A stretch of 63,421 nt of DNA, filler included, from Bigelowiella natans CCMP2755 (lineage: Eukaryota > Protista > Cercozoa): assembly GCA_000320545.1 (NCBI GenBank). It is 8 parts of 8 records of this genome, joined end to end, with 100 filler letters (N's around TTAATTAATTAA, not from the genome) between each part and the next. Parts side by side here need not be neighbours in the genome. Positions count along the whole stretch, not along the records: positions 36,623 to 44,051 come from ADNK01000689.1; positions 44,152 to 45,563 come from ADNK01003711.1; positions 45,664 to 58,645 come from ADNK01001005.1; 5 more parts are not named here. The stretch is one strand, 5' to 3'. The translations under genes were made by a program, and so were the position numbers. Under the pieces are notes generated by a model. That model was not told the DNA's origin and ran no database searches. It was given only the letters and a program-made list of their open reading frames with translations. Shown piece after piece: positions 37,490 to 50,562 of the stretch. Numbering within the stretch: the first letter of the stretch is position 1; each line of letters opens with the position of its first letter.

Positions 37490-38247
37490 ATATATAATTA
37501 CTATATAAAATGACTCTTGACGATTTGCATACTTTGTAACGGCACTGTGGCTTCAGCTTCTCGAGAAGAGCCTCCATCTGATGGAGGTCTTTGCTCAGGA
37601 TGTCATGGGCTGAAAACATGCTTGGAAAGGGCTCGCCATCGTCATTACGGGTAACACTCGGTTCCTCGAGTACCACCTCATCAGCAGACGCTGGAGGGAG
37701 GGGCATATCCAGTGCAGCAGCAGTAGCAGCAGCAGTGACGGCAATGTCAGCATCAGATGGCTCGATGGACGCCGGCTGCTTTGAGAGTTCTTCTCCCCCC
37801 TCCTCCTCCGCTACTGCCTTTTTACCGCGCCCCCCTCTAAACTTCTTTGCCCAGGCAGCCGCCATCATTGCCTTCTCTTCCAGAGACACCGCGCCCCCCG
37901 AAGCAGCTCCTTTCCCTGCGCCATCATCCCCCTTCTTCTTTGCAGATACTACTCGGCCCAGGAGATGCTGAATTCCAAGGGCCAGGGCACCCAGGCACAT
38001 GAAGAGAATGCAGAGCCGAACGAGCCGCCTCGTCTTTGATCCTCCCTTGCTGGAGTATCGCTTCGCGCCCCCGGACGACTGGCGGCGGGTGGTACGGAGC
38101 GGATCATCAGGCAAAGCGAGAGAGGGAGGACGAAGAGAATAAAAGAAGAAGAAGCAGAAGAAGAAGAAGAGAAGAAGAAGATGATGATGATGAAGAAGGC
38201 AGTCGCACCTGTTGGCCATCGCGTGGTGTCCGGCGGCGCATCATCAT
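37294..38247 (-). CDS. Type II membrane protein, 5' part (truncated by the duplication junction)
   Basis: MMMRRRTPRDGQQ | SSGGAKRY..RRLVRLCILFMCLGALALGIQHLL (TM), A/E-rich stem..KPQCRYK | NETSSSVEY.. Confidence 0.6.
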
Positions 38248-38609
38248 CTTATTCCGATGTTCTTGTTAGGTAGCGTGTGATGATGGCAACGAACGTAATG
38301 ACGTAATCAGGCCATGGAGCCCTGCGGAGATACGTTCCGTGTCCCTTTTGCCGGAGACTCTCAGGAGGATATGGGTAAAAGTTTATACGTAAAACATCTC
38401 AAAATTATGTTCAAACTAACCTCACTTAACCCAGCCATGCGAACATAATCACGAACAAGACTTACCTCATCTTCAGATGAAACATCCTAGAATATCCCTT
38501 ATTTTCTGTTCCAAAATCGAAACTGACTCGGGCGCATTGGGCGGGTTTTGAGGACGCCACGGCCCCCACCTGCACACAAGCTGGGCCTGTCTATCATCCT
38601 CACTTCCCA

Positions 38610-39412
38610 ATGAGTGCGTTTCTCATCGATTTTTGACCTTTAAAGGGGGGAAGAACTTTGGAGGAGGACAAGGGGGGGCGGGAGGGGGAGGAAGAGAGAA
38701 AGAAGGAGTCAAGTAAGCGAAAATGGTGGCTGAATGTCTTTCTCCTCCGCATTCTCCTCACCTTAGGCGAAACAAGTGACAGCAATCGCAATGCCTCACA
38801 GCTGCTCCACGCTGCGAGGAGAGCGATAAGGAACATCTACAAGGAAGCAGAGAATGTAAGGAAGTGTAGTGGTTGCGTCGGCCCTTGGGGGGCGTAGCAT
38901 TTCTAGTGAACTGCAGCATCGAAGGGAAGGGGGGGGGTCTCACCAATTTCTCCTAAGCGCCGCCGTTCCTCATAGGTCCGCGTTCAAATAAAGAACGGAG
39001 GCGCGAGCGATGAAGTCTTGAATCAGGTGATCTGGTGCATTTGCACCCTCATTCTTCATCGAGTGCAACATCTCACCACAACGCGCCGTGTCGCTGTGTA
39101 GACGCCGTTTTACTGCCCGTGCGACCCCGGTCAAAAGGCCCTGCTACAACAGGCTATGTCCGAGTTGAGAGATTTGCTCACGATGCACCAGGACAGGAGG
39201 AAGGGAGGTTTCAGCCAATTAGATCTATTCGTGAATAAAGGACTGAAACATATCAAATCGCTGTATTATCTCTCTTCTGTTGCTCCCTTCAGAGTCAGAG
39301 CAGCGGCTAAATCGCGCTCTCATCAACATTGGCGATCTGTATCGGTGTGTGACTTTACAAGGTCAAGTGAATCTGTAACCACCTGTCCTAACTTCTCTCG
39401 TTATCCCTCCCT

Positions 39413-39453
<41 letters not shown>

Positions 39454-40781
39454 CCTATTCCTCTCGTTCTTGCTCTTAGGGCAGAGCAACTGGAGAATTC
39501 TCTAGCCAAGGCGTTGGAACAGACACGAAAGGTACCAGGTTCTTTGAGGGGGAGGTGGGGTATCCACCATGAAAGGCAAACCTACGCAAGCTAAGAAGGA
39601 GCACACTTCATAATTGAGTGAAGCAGCGGTTTATATCCTGCCTTCTTCTTCCTCATCACTTCTACGGCTTTGCTGCTCTCTCCCCCTGCTGCTGCTGCTA
39701 CCCCTCCTCCCCCTCCCCCTTTCTTCTTCCTCCTTTCTCCTCCCCCACCTCACCTCGGCAAGGTGCTAAATCGTCGGTGCGAGTACCTGATTGCGGAGAA
39801 GAAGGGCAAGGGCTCCCTGGAGATCCACAAGATGATCCAGGACTTACACCAGGTGATGCTGGCGAGTGATGTCAGCGAACGACATGATGATGACGATGAC
39901 GATGATGATGATGACGATGATGATGATGATGATGACGATGACGATGATGATGATGATGATGATGACGATGACGATGATGATGATGATGACGACGACGACG
40001 ACCGTGAGATGGGTTGTCTGCCTACTTTTGATTAGATTGGGGACTCGCTCGGGATGGATCTTTCCACATTCGAATCCGTAATAAGTGGGGGTTCCATTGT
40101 TTCAGAGGGAGAGTGAGGGTTAGAGAAAGAAAGAGAGACAGAGAGGGAGAAGAGAGAGAGAGAGAGCTCTGTTCGATGCATAAAACTTCAGAGGCGGGGG
40201 GGGGGGCTAGCCGCCGCCACCTAGATGCTATGCATCGTGGGGATGGTCGCGGTGACAGCAACTAACGATCATGAGTGGTAGCTCTTACTGATTCCAGATA
40301 TATACTCATATCCATACGCCTTTTGCTTCGAAACTCCCTCCCCCTCCCTCCATTTCATGACAAATAGGAAGAGGATGAGTCCCTCTCTGTAGTCCTGGCG
40401 CACACGACTTCTGAGGAAGATAACTTCTTCTTCGCCGCTGAGATTACGCTTCTATGCGTCGATCCCGAGGAGGGAAAGACGCGCAATCTGCTGAAAGACG
40501 CTCCGGAGAGCGAGCTTAAGGTGGGGTGGGGTGTCGTCGTGTAGTGTACTCGAGAGGCATATTCTACAACAGCAGTATTCGATGAGATGGCGGAGGGTGA
40601 CCGAATTGACTGAGGGGCAATTTACTCTGCGTCTTTGCTGCTGCTGCCTGCTTTAACACTATGACGGAATTCAGGTCGTAGAGGCGAAAATGACGTCCTA
40701 CATGGGGGGGGAGGACGAGGTCACATGTGCTGACTCGGATAAAGATTTGGAGAATACGCTGCGGAAAAGGTAGAGGTGGTG

Positions 40782-40819
<38 letters not shown>

Positions 40820-41993
40820 GTGCCAAAAGGAGTAAGGAGAGAATAAATAAAAGCGTAGGTATAAAAGCGTACGTCCTCACTGTATGATCAAATACACGTT
40901 ATCATTATCGTCGTCGTCGTTGTCGGCGGCGGCGGCCGTGTTGTGCGTCATCCCACTTCCTCGAGCTCCTTTTCTTTTTTGGTTGTTTCCCCCTCCCCCC
41001 TGTTGGTTGGCCACATCCCCATAATTGTCATGGTCATACCTGCAAGGAAAACACACACACACACACCAGCGATTCCAAATGCAACTATTTGCAGGTCGTT
41101 GGATGTGCTGCGGCATAAGCTGTCGTTGTGCATAGAGAACCAGCGTTTTCTCTTTGAAAACAAGGATCATGAATCGGGAGGGAAGACGCTCCCCAACGAG
41201 GGCAGTATCGTCTTCGACCGGATGCAGCAGCACCGCGCTTCTCATCCAAAGCAGATCCTCAAAGTCCACAGGTCGTTGCCCTCCCCAACAACGGCATGCG
41301 TGTGTGTGTGTGTGCGTGTGTGTGTGTGTGTGTGCTTATCGAGAATAGTCGCTGTGAGTGCTGACGTTTTCTTCTTCTTCTTCTTCTTCTTCTTCTTCTT
41401 CTTCTTCATCGTCATCATCATCATCATTCGTGCACTCGCTGTTCGCAGGTTTCTGGAGGGTCCCTCGATGTGCATCATGTCTGCTGCCCCCCTCCAGCCC
41501 ATCTACCTCCGACAGAACGTGGGGGGGGGCTACTACGGCACATACCTCAGGAGCGTGTGCGATGAGCTCTCGCTGGTGTTCATACGGAGTGCCCCCCCCG
41601 CCCCTCCAACGATTACAACGGGTGGAGGCGACCGCAGCAGCAGCAGCGGCAGCGGCGGCTCGCAGTTTGGCTATGCGTTTGAAATCCGTCCGGCGATTCT
41701 AACCTCCCTCCCCGGTAGTAAGCGCACAATGCATGTAGGTGTTTGATGATATGGGGTCTGTACTACAATGGCGGCGGGGGGGGGGGGGGGGGGGGGGGGG
41801 GTTCCGACGATTATAGATGTGTACTGCCGTCTGTGTACATGCCTCCGTGACGGGGAGTGAAGAGATTCTGTTTGCATTGAACGTCGCTGCGTGCACTGAG
41901 GAAATGATAGTACTCTTGACGACGGATGAAGGGGGGTGAGGGGGGTGAGGGGGGTGGGGGAGTTGGGAGGTCTGAGCGTATCTCAATCGAAGT

Positions 41994-42035
<42 letters not shown>

Positions 42036-43415
42036 CCAGCTGGAATGGAGATCTCGACTATGGCCGGTGTCTCACACGTGCAGTACCACGCTATTCTCTT
42101 CAATGATCAGAATGTACGTCGTCGTCGTTGTCGTCGTCGTTGACAATGTGCGATCAATCGCTCCAGATACCTTTTAAACAATCTGACTTCTCTCTCTCTG
42201 CACTCGATCAAGATTTGAAGCTCCGTGTGTGCGTGTGTGTGCGTGTGTGCGTGTGTTGGTGAACGTTTGTGTTATTAATGAAATGCGTTGATGCCTTTAT
42301 TCAACGATAGTTGGAAAATAGCAAGGTGTAAGTTTGCCGCTCGATGGTCATCATCATCATCAGCAGCAGCAGCAGCAGCATCAGTAGCAGTAGTAGCGTA
42401 TTTGTGAGTTGTAAAAAGTATAATGCAAGCGGGCGTCGGAGCCCTACCTTGTTTCTCTTGTCGTATCTGAGCGATAGATTGTTTTTCCTTCTTGCATTTT
42501 GGTTATTGCATGCTTAGCAGCACGCACCAGCCGCTGGCTTCAGCAGAGCTGCAACTGCAGCAAAGACGACGACGACGAGGAGGAGGACGAGGAGGACTAC
42601 CACTGCTACTGCTAGTGCCAGCTCTACTTCTGCAATGAATATTGACGATTCTTCGGGGGGGTACAGTGTGAATGGCGCGTCGTCGTCGCCACCCGCCTAC
42701 CCTGGCCTTCACGAAATTCTGGGTTTCAGGGGGCAAGGCGAGAGGAAATATGATCTGTTCGGTCGGTGAATTTGTTTTATGATGCTTTTCCTTCCTGTCC
42801 TTGCTGTTTTGCTTTGCTTTCGCCTACTGCGGCATTATCGATCGACTCTGAGTGACGTCGTATCGTGTACCGTCAACGGGGAGTGTTGTTGCGTCAATGC
42901 GTGGTGCCGTTTGTTTACGTTTTATTATGTTTTATGACGGCCTTCCGAGGTGATGATGATGATGATGATGATGACGATGACGATGGTGTGGATGGTAGTG
43001 ATGATGGCCTTTGACCGTGTCCCTCTTCATTCTCATAAGATCTCACCATCGTCATCATCCTCGGTCGTCGTTGTGTGTATATCCGCCTTCTTCCTCTCTC
43101 CAGGCCAAACGCAGGTTTGGAAGCTGCGAAACAGGACTCCGCAGCGCCAGACAAACAGCAACCAAGGTATCGTCCTTGCCGCCGTCCTTCTTCGCCTTCT
43201 TGCCATCTCATCAGCAGTAACCTCACCCTCCTCCCCTCGTCGCTGCGCTTTTCTTTACTCAGAGAGCAAGATCTCCAGAGCGGGGGGCGGGAACCTGATG
43301 GCGTTGGGTATTGATAGGATATATGTGCGCAGCATGGACGACGTCTTTGCCCTTATACCGATGCTGCAGAGAGAGGTAAGCTGAGCTCTTCAGCAGTAAC
43401 TACATAATTTATATA

Positions 43416-43455
<40 letters not shown>

Positions 43456-43911
43456 CGTGTGTGGGGGAGGGGGGGGGATGCATTCCTTCTATGCTTTTAT
43501 CGTAGCTGCTGTGAATTGTCGTTTGTTTGCCTTCGCACTGCAACGATGGGCAAATCGCTGGTATGCTCACGCCTTCTCCTTCCCCCCCCCCCGCCTGCCG
43601 GGGGAGTCCATCTAGCCTCATCTTTGTCGAGCTCATCAACTCTGCCGGTTGCCGGAGAGAAGAAAGGAAGGTTGAGAAGAATATGCGGGGGGTGGGTGGA
43701 AGGTTTGGTGCAGAGTGTGCATGCGCACCTCCATGTTCCGGAATAACCACCAGAACAACCTATTTTTTTCCGTATCGCAAATATTTTACGTGCAATTACC
43801 ATATCTCATTCCATCCTTACCCCTTACCTTCCTGTATTCTACTCTCAAGACACACTCGAGGAGACGTACCGTTCCAGTTCGATTTGGGCGGTTCTTCGCC
43901 ACCGAAACCTG
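38610..43911 (+). CDS. Multi-exon protein, probable divergent Mediator subunit 1 (MED1-like)
   Basis: Exon chain from ATG 38610. HKMIQDLHQIGDSLG, DNFFFAAEITLL, VVEAKMT..DLENTLRKRSLDVLRHKL and IDRIYVRSMDDVFALIPMLQRE follow the order and hydrophobic pattern of the MED1 N-terminal domain. The gene is well supported; the identity is by eye. Confidence 0.45.
39885..40001. repeat. (GAT/GAC)n trinucleotide microsatellite in an intron, representative of the many intronic SSRs
   Basis: Imperfect GAY array of about 117 bp between exon donor 39853 and acceptor ~40035. Confidence 0.9.
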
Positions 43912-44051
43912 GGTAGCAGCAGCTTGTTAAGTGATAGTTAGATAGAGCTGTAAAGCGAGACAATTACTATTCGGAATTAATAAGGGAAACAATGATGTCG
44001 TTTATTCGTATTTTTTCGTAGCCTTAGGACGATTGAGGAGATAAAGGATGA

Positions 44052-44151
44052 NNNNNNNNNNNNNNNNNNNNNNNNNNNNNNNNNNNNNNNNNNNNTTAAT
44101 TAATTAANNNNNNNNNNNNNNNNNNNNNNNNNNNNNNNNNNNNNNNNNNNN
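44052..44151. other. Artificial contig spacer
   Basis: N44-TTAATTAATTAA-N44. Confidence 0.98.
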
Positions 44152-44516
44152 GGCCGAGGGCGCACGGCTCTAATGTTTTTTAGGGAAAGGGGAGGTTTGG
44201 CATCTATTCGGCCCCCCCCCCAGTGTTGTCATGAGGGGTTTTTTTAATACGGTGGAAAGCCGTTCTTTCGGCGGAAAAACCTTTTGATTGGGGGGGGTGG
44301 TCCCAAACATGCCATGATTGGTTCGGTTCTTCCCATTTTTCAATCTTGGGCGGGCCCCCGAAGGTAGGTATACCATCTTTTTTCATTTCCCCAACCAAAA
44401 AAGGGGGGGGGGGGGGGGGGGGGGGGGATCAAGGAATATGCCTAACAAGAAAAGAAGAAAACACGCCTGACGTTGAACTCGATTGTGGCTGCCTTTTGTC
44501 CTTTTCGCATCGATAG

Positions 44517-45192
44517 GAATCTACTCCAATGCTCTCGGCTACTTCGGCGGTATATCATGGGCTATATTAGCGGTCGGTTGATGTTTTGAGTTCTTCGCCA
44601 GCGTTTCTTCGTTCTTTGTTCTTCTTCTTTGGTTTCTCCACGCATCTTTGATTTGTTTGTTCCTCGGTATTGCTACTACTACTTCTTTGCAACTCGTCGT
44701 CGGTAACAACCCAGGCTCGAATTTGCCTGTTGTACCCGAATGGGGATTTGGCTATGCACATGAGGGCCTTCTTCCAAAACATGGTATCTTCAACGCGCAT
44801 ATATGACAAAATCTGATTGTTCCCTCCAAAACCACTTACGACACTTCTTCTTCTTCTCCTCCTCCTCCTTCTTCTTCTTCTTCTTCTTCTTCCTCTTCTC
44901 AGGTTCAGTATCCATGGCCCAAGCCGCTCTGCGTGGATTTCATCGAGTGCGTGACCAGAAACACATACGGATGAAGGATGATGATGATGAATATATTGAT
45001 GAATATATTGATGATGTCAATGATGAGTGGTAGGGGAGAAGAAGGAGGAGGAGAGGATAACAGAAACATTTCCTCACATTCCACGCACAAAAGCAAGCAT
45101 GTGCATCACAATTACGATTATCTGCTTAAGCAGGCAGCCGTTCTCTCTCTCTCTCTCTCTCTCTCTCCCTCCCTCCCTCACTCTTTCACGTG

Positions 45193-45226
<34 letters not shown>

Positions 45227-45333
45227 TATCATTATTATCATTATCTATCTCCCAGAGAGCGTGAGCACCTACAGTTTTCTGTATTCAAATTCGGAGCTCC
45301 GACACCCTCCTCGGCCCCCATCATCACGCCAGC
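44517..45333 (+). CDS. PAP: Canonical poly(A) polymerase, internal fragment (central domain)
   Basis: Exons 44517-44572, 44715-44783, 44903-44946, 45256-45333 give [43 protein letters not shown], matching the PAP signature GIYSNxxGFLGGVSWAxLVARxCQLYPN..WPxP..MPIITPA. Confidence 0.92.
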
Positions 45334-45563
45334 GTAAGTTGTTGTGTGAGTACTGCTAGCACAGCAGCAGCAGCTATTCCTTCGTTGTAGACTGAACCAA
45401 ATTATGAGAATTGCAAAGCGTAAATCGATTGCATCCGATGCACTCTGCCTAGGAGAAGCATAAGCCTTTTCGCATTATTTTCATCATTACTACTACTGCT
45501 ACTACTACTACTACTACCACTACTACTACTACTATCATCATCATTATCATCGTATCGTCATTA

Positions 45564-45663
45564 NNNNNNNNNNNNNNNNNNNNNNNNNNNNNNNNNNNNN
45601 NNNNNNNTTAATTAATTAANNNNNNNNNNNNNNNNNNNNNNNNNNNNNNNNNNNNNNNNNNNN
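45564..45663. other. Artificial contig spacer
   Basis: N44-TTAATTAATTAA-N44. Confidence 0.98.
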
Positions 45664-45754
45664 AGAGAGAGGGAGAGAGTCCATACATACTAATCAACAT
45701 GCCCCATGTGCGTGTGCGTGTGCGCGTGCGCGTGCGCGTGAGGTCCGAGCATCG

Positions 45755-47235
45755 TCACCGATCGATCCGTAGCTCGTAGTCTTCGTTGATATTGAGACGC
45801 GGTGGTGATACTGGTGCTCCAACGCAAGAACCACAGCGAACCGCAATCTGTAACACGCACATGCGTGGGAAGGCTATTTCAGTGATTCTTACCATCCGTA
45901 ATGTTTTGCTGTGTAGATGAAGTTGTCTTCCCTGCGGCTGATGGACGTCCTTGTTTGTTTGTTTTGTTTTGTTTGTTTGTTTGTGTTGTAGTTGAACATG
46001 GCGACGACTGATGAGCTGTTGTGTGTGTTTGGGAGAAAGTTTGCATGCTGCCTTGAATCCTTCGTGAGCTGCCTCGCATATGTTGTGGATCTTTTGGTCC
46101 ATTCCTTCAAGAGTAGTAGTAGTAGTAGTAGAGTAGTTGGTAGTAGTTGGTAGTAGTAGTGGTAGTAGTAGTAGTAGCAGTAGTAACATGGAAAATGTTG
46201 GTGACACATCAACACATATTCCTTCTTCATTGTTGAAATTTGAACTCTTAGTAGTATTAGCAGCAGCAGTGTTGGAAAAATCGGCACACACACACACACA
46301 CACACTCCTTGCATTCTCCTTAGTTGCTAGGAACCGCTTCCTGTCTGTGTTGTGTCCCCCCCACCAAAAAAATGATAAGATCATAATCTCCTAACCTTCA
46401 TGGCAAATCTTGACGGATCTCCTTGCGAAGTTGATAGGAATGCCCGTGAGACCGGCTGCTTTGCGCAAAAACCAATCGTAGGCCCTCCCTGCCGCAGAAT
46501 CATGTTCCGCGAAGGGCTCAAAAACCTTTTAGTTGTTGATAGATATAAGCACATGAGGCAGGGCACACGCGCACATGTTACGCTCCGCCTCCGCGACAGT
46601 CATCAATATTGCCATTGTGCTCTCATCGAATCAAAGCATAGCTACGCGGAAGGGCAGATATGCATGATTCTGTCTACTACCACATTCCCCGTGAACGGAG
46701 GCCAATCCTTTGGAGATCCGATCGTGAGCTCCACTGATGATGGCATCGGACTAGGAACATATTAACGGGGATAACACAAGTATCACATTATTGCCGTGGT
46801 TGGTACTCTTCAGGAAGAATTATAACTTACACTAAGTGCTCGGTCGCCATTTCGAAAGGACTCTAGAGAAGAAATAGAACAACCCTATCACTCGCTGGAA
46901 GTAACGGGTGCGAGTGAGCGCGCGCGCGTGTGTGTGTGTGCGTGCGGGTGTGTTGTAGCATGAATTCGTCCACAAGTTTTGTTGGTTTATATATGTGCAC
47001 CCTCTTTGCTTTCCTCTCCGCCAGTGTAACAAGCTCCTCCGCTTTCGGAAGCATCTCTGCTTTCCCAGCGGCAGCCTCCTCCTCTATTTGATTCGTACGG
47101 CCTTGATCCTTGTCACTACTACTACTACTACTGCTACTACTACCGCGACAGTCACATTTGGGGGGGGGCTGCGCTCTACTTGAACCTTTCTGCAGGACTC
47201 CGCCATCAGGCGTTTCTGGAATGGTGGTCGCATGT

Positions 47236-47268
<33 letters not shown>

Positions 47269-47534
47269 ATCCTGAAACTCTCCTGGCATCGTTGCAAGCG
47301 CGCTCGAAGGTCACTGACCTCAAATTTTAGTTTTTGCATCGCCTCTGCTGTATCCTTCTCCACCTCCTCCTCGCTGATACCCGTTGACACATAGCCTAAG
47401 ATCCGAAGGCAGACGAGGGCTAGTAGCGACAATAAGCTCCAACGAATTAAAGATGGGCTGCAACGGTGGTGACCCCTTGTTATTAACTTCCGTCGTTTGT
47501 ATGAAAAGGCCGCCGATCCGGAGCCCGTTGCCAT
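45755..47534 (-). CDS. Type II membrane protein with coiled-coil stem, 5' part, unknown function
   Basis: MATGSGS..RWSLLSLLALVCLRILGYV (TM), AMQKLKFEVSDLRARLQRCQE coiled coil, further short exons towards the gap. Confidence 0.55.
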
Positions 47535-47912
47535 AGTGGCTCGTCTGGGCAGCGCCCGGATAGCACGCTCACGGGAGGGCGAGCTTGGCAGAAAGACAGA
47601 GAACAAGTAGATTAAATAAAATTACCAACAATCGAATGTCGCACATAGTAAACTACCTAGATTCTACAATAAGATGTAAAACGATGTCGCAATTTAGGAA
47701 CCGTAATCATTTTTGTTTAAAGGATGGAACGAATTCAAGGCGACATGATGAACGGTGCGATTAAACGCATACTCCATGGTACTGCACAGTTCTTAGAAAG
47801 AAGTTCGAAAATAATATCATAGTTTTCACATCTTTTAAATCACATTCAGAGTTCTTCGGAGATTCGGAGATTTGATCGTTTTTTCATTAATATTTCGGTT
47901 GGACCGCTTCCA
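47535..47912. promoter_or_regulatory. Bidirectional promoter with three TGTCGC/GCGACA copies
   Basis: Between divergent ATGs at 47534 and 47913. Motif at 47637, 47685 and 47740. Confidence 0.55.
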
Positions 47913-50562
47913 ATGGCGGCGGACGAGGTCGGACAACAGTGTCGTTTTGAAATTCTATCCTGAGTTTGTTCATTGTTCATTGTTCATCGTTCGAATAACT
48001 TTGTTCCTATTTTAAGGGTATCAACAAGCTCTCGAAGCAAACTTTTATGCTGATTTCAAAACTTGACGCGGTATCACACACTTAGAATCCAAAATCAGAG
48101 CTAGAACGAAATAAAATAGAGATGTGTTCTGGTTGAAATGTATTTCTTTCCCTAACTTTTACCTGGGTTGAATTTCTAAAACTGGTTACCAGGTTGCCCA
48201 AAAGCCAAAGGGCAAAAATAAGTTGGTCACTGACCCCCTATACTACGCATTCTTGACTCCGCAAAATATGAAGAGTTGCATTTCTCTCGTTAAGGTCCGA
48301 TATATTGCTGGTAGATGCAAGAAGTCACATCCACTCATCCTTTGTATGAGTGTGTGATCACATGAAAAGTCGAGACTTGCGAAAACTAATTGCTCGGCAA
48401 AGTAAAAATCGTTTGAACGTGTATTATTTACCTCAGGAATTAAAGCTAGACCCAGTGTACGAAGATTTTTTTATAAAGGTAGTAGCTCCAATTAAAAGTT
48501 TTGTTGTAGGTGTAGTTCTAACTGACTCTTAAAATAATACCAGCTCAACAATCGCGTGCTCAAGAGCTACGGAACATCCTTAAAAAAGTATGTTTTTTTT
48601 TTTTTTCTAAGTGTTCATATTCTCCTTTTGACGCGTGGCTTTTTAGATATGTTGCAATAACTCAGTCGAATCCGATTGATTTCGGAACCATTCTGAATAA
48701 ACTATGCAAGGTAGAATTTGTAGCATTTCTCAGTTTCTCACGCGATCTGCCAGATAATATATATCTTTTTGAAACTGGAAGAATCATAAAAAGCTGAGGA
48801 TGCAGGACCTCCCAGAGGACATCACAGCGCAAAGGATCGCCGAAGAGTCCCTCGCCAGTTAAAAAATTTCTATTCGGTTGATGTAAATACAAGGCTAACC
48901 TGACAAACTAAATACTTCCAGAGTCTGGCCCGTATGGAAGATTGGTTCGCAACTTTATACATGAGCTTACTAAGGTAGAATTGACGTATGTACAGAAGCG
49001 GAAATATCTTTATTGAATTCTGGTGAAAGGTGCTGAGGAACTCGTTGTTGTTCAATCCGCCGTCACACAACATTCACCAGGTTATCATATTTAGTTTTCT
49101 AAGGATGGTATAGAAATTAATGAATATATGTGTGGATATACAGTTGGCAATTACCGCTGCGAACGTACTTATGGATAAGATGATACCTAAACTTCGGACG
49201 AAGTGTGTCGACTTGATTAAATTGAAATTGTACCTGTTCGAGTAAATTCTTTCCCATATCAGAATATCTACCTCGGAGGTTCTTCTAGCTTGTGCTTCTT
49301 GGTAGCGAAATGTAGAATGATGTTGCGATTTGTTTTTAACAAAAAATGGTTCTTGATGCAGCGAACGGCCACTAAGAGAATTAGAAGCGGAAAATGGCTC
49401 AAAAGTACTACCCAAAAGATGCGATATTTGCCAAATGTTTGGTCATGCAAAGGTCGGTATAAAAGTTGAGCACCTGTGAGAACCCCCGTCTTATCTAATA
49501 ATTTGAAAGTGCTTGGTGGAGAAGGACGGACGACTTCGATGTTCAAAATGCTTGAGACCAAAAAGACATAGGAAAGATAGAGGGCACAGGTTGGAAAGTA
49601 AAGCATCATTTCTCCTGCACTGTTTAATTATTCATAACAATTTAGGTCGAAACGTGGTAGAAAGACGGCTTCTTCGAGACAAACGAAGCGCATTCGTACT
49701 GAATCCTCTGGTAAAAAGGAATCCTTCGAGATGGTACCGCAAGACAATGTAACTTTTTCTTTTAGGCGTTAGTACGAAATCAAATTCTTGTTCCTTCTCC
49801 AAAGCGGTCATCCTTACGAAAAAAGATTGCGTCAAATTTTCTCCGGTGCTCACTATACTTCCTTTAACAATAGAAAAAGGAGGGGCACACGATTTTAGAC
49901 GACATGGATAAGGTGATCAGGAATGTCGAACGGTAAGAAGACTCATTTATTGTTGTTTGATTAAAAATGCACGATCATTGACGATGGTGACTTCCCCCCC
50001 CCAGACTCGACAAATATGAGCATTCTCTTCAGAGTGACAAGTAAGAAGTGATTTTCCCTTTGCGAGTTGGTGTTTTGTTCTGAGATTATCCCAATTAATA
50101 AAGCGCGGCCCTTCGAGAACAACTAGAATTTTCTGACGAGCAAATACATGAATGTGAAGACATAATTCAAAGGTATTCTGTCAAATTCTGGTTTTAGATA
50201 TTTTTCTGATAAATGTTGATCTGCTTACACAGGTTAGAACACGAAAATTGGAGGTTGAGGAACGAACTCGCAAAGTATACAAGGTGACAAAGTTCATCAT
50301 CAATATCAATGGTGTTTTAACATTTACCTTCCTCAGAGTTCCGTATTATGCACAACCTATGCGGGCACACTCTTCAATGCCGATAATCCATCGTTCTCGA
50401 AGAGTTGGACCAACGAGATACGTTGAAGCAGTTTATCCTGGATACGAAAGGGAGAGAGATGTCCATTCAAATTATATACCACCTCATGACAATTCAATCA
50501 TTGGCACAGCAGTGTGCGCTGTGCCAAAGGAAGGTCATATTTGGGTTCAAAATTATCATTAA
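47913..50562 (+). CDS. Bromodomain + PHD finger chromatin reader with C-terminal coiled coil (about 20 micro-exons)
   Basis: Spliced product: ELKLDPVYEDFF..KYVAITQSNPIDFGTILNKL..FIHELTKVLRNSLLFNPPSHNIHQLA (bromodomain with conserved Asn), then CASC..CDICQMFGHAKC..LRCSKC (C4HC3 PHD), a basic NLS-like segment, LEHENWRLRNELAKY, stop at 50562. Confidence 0.85.
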
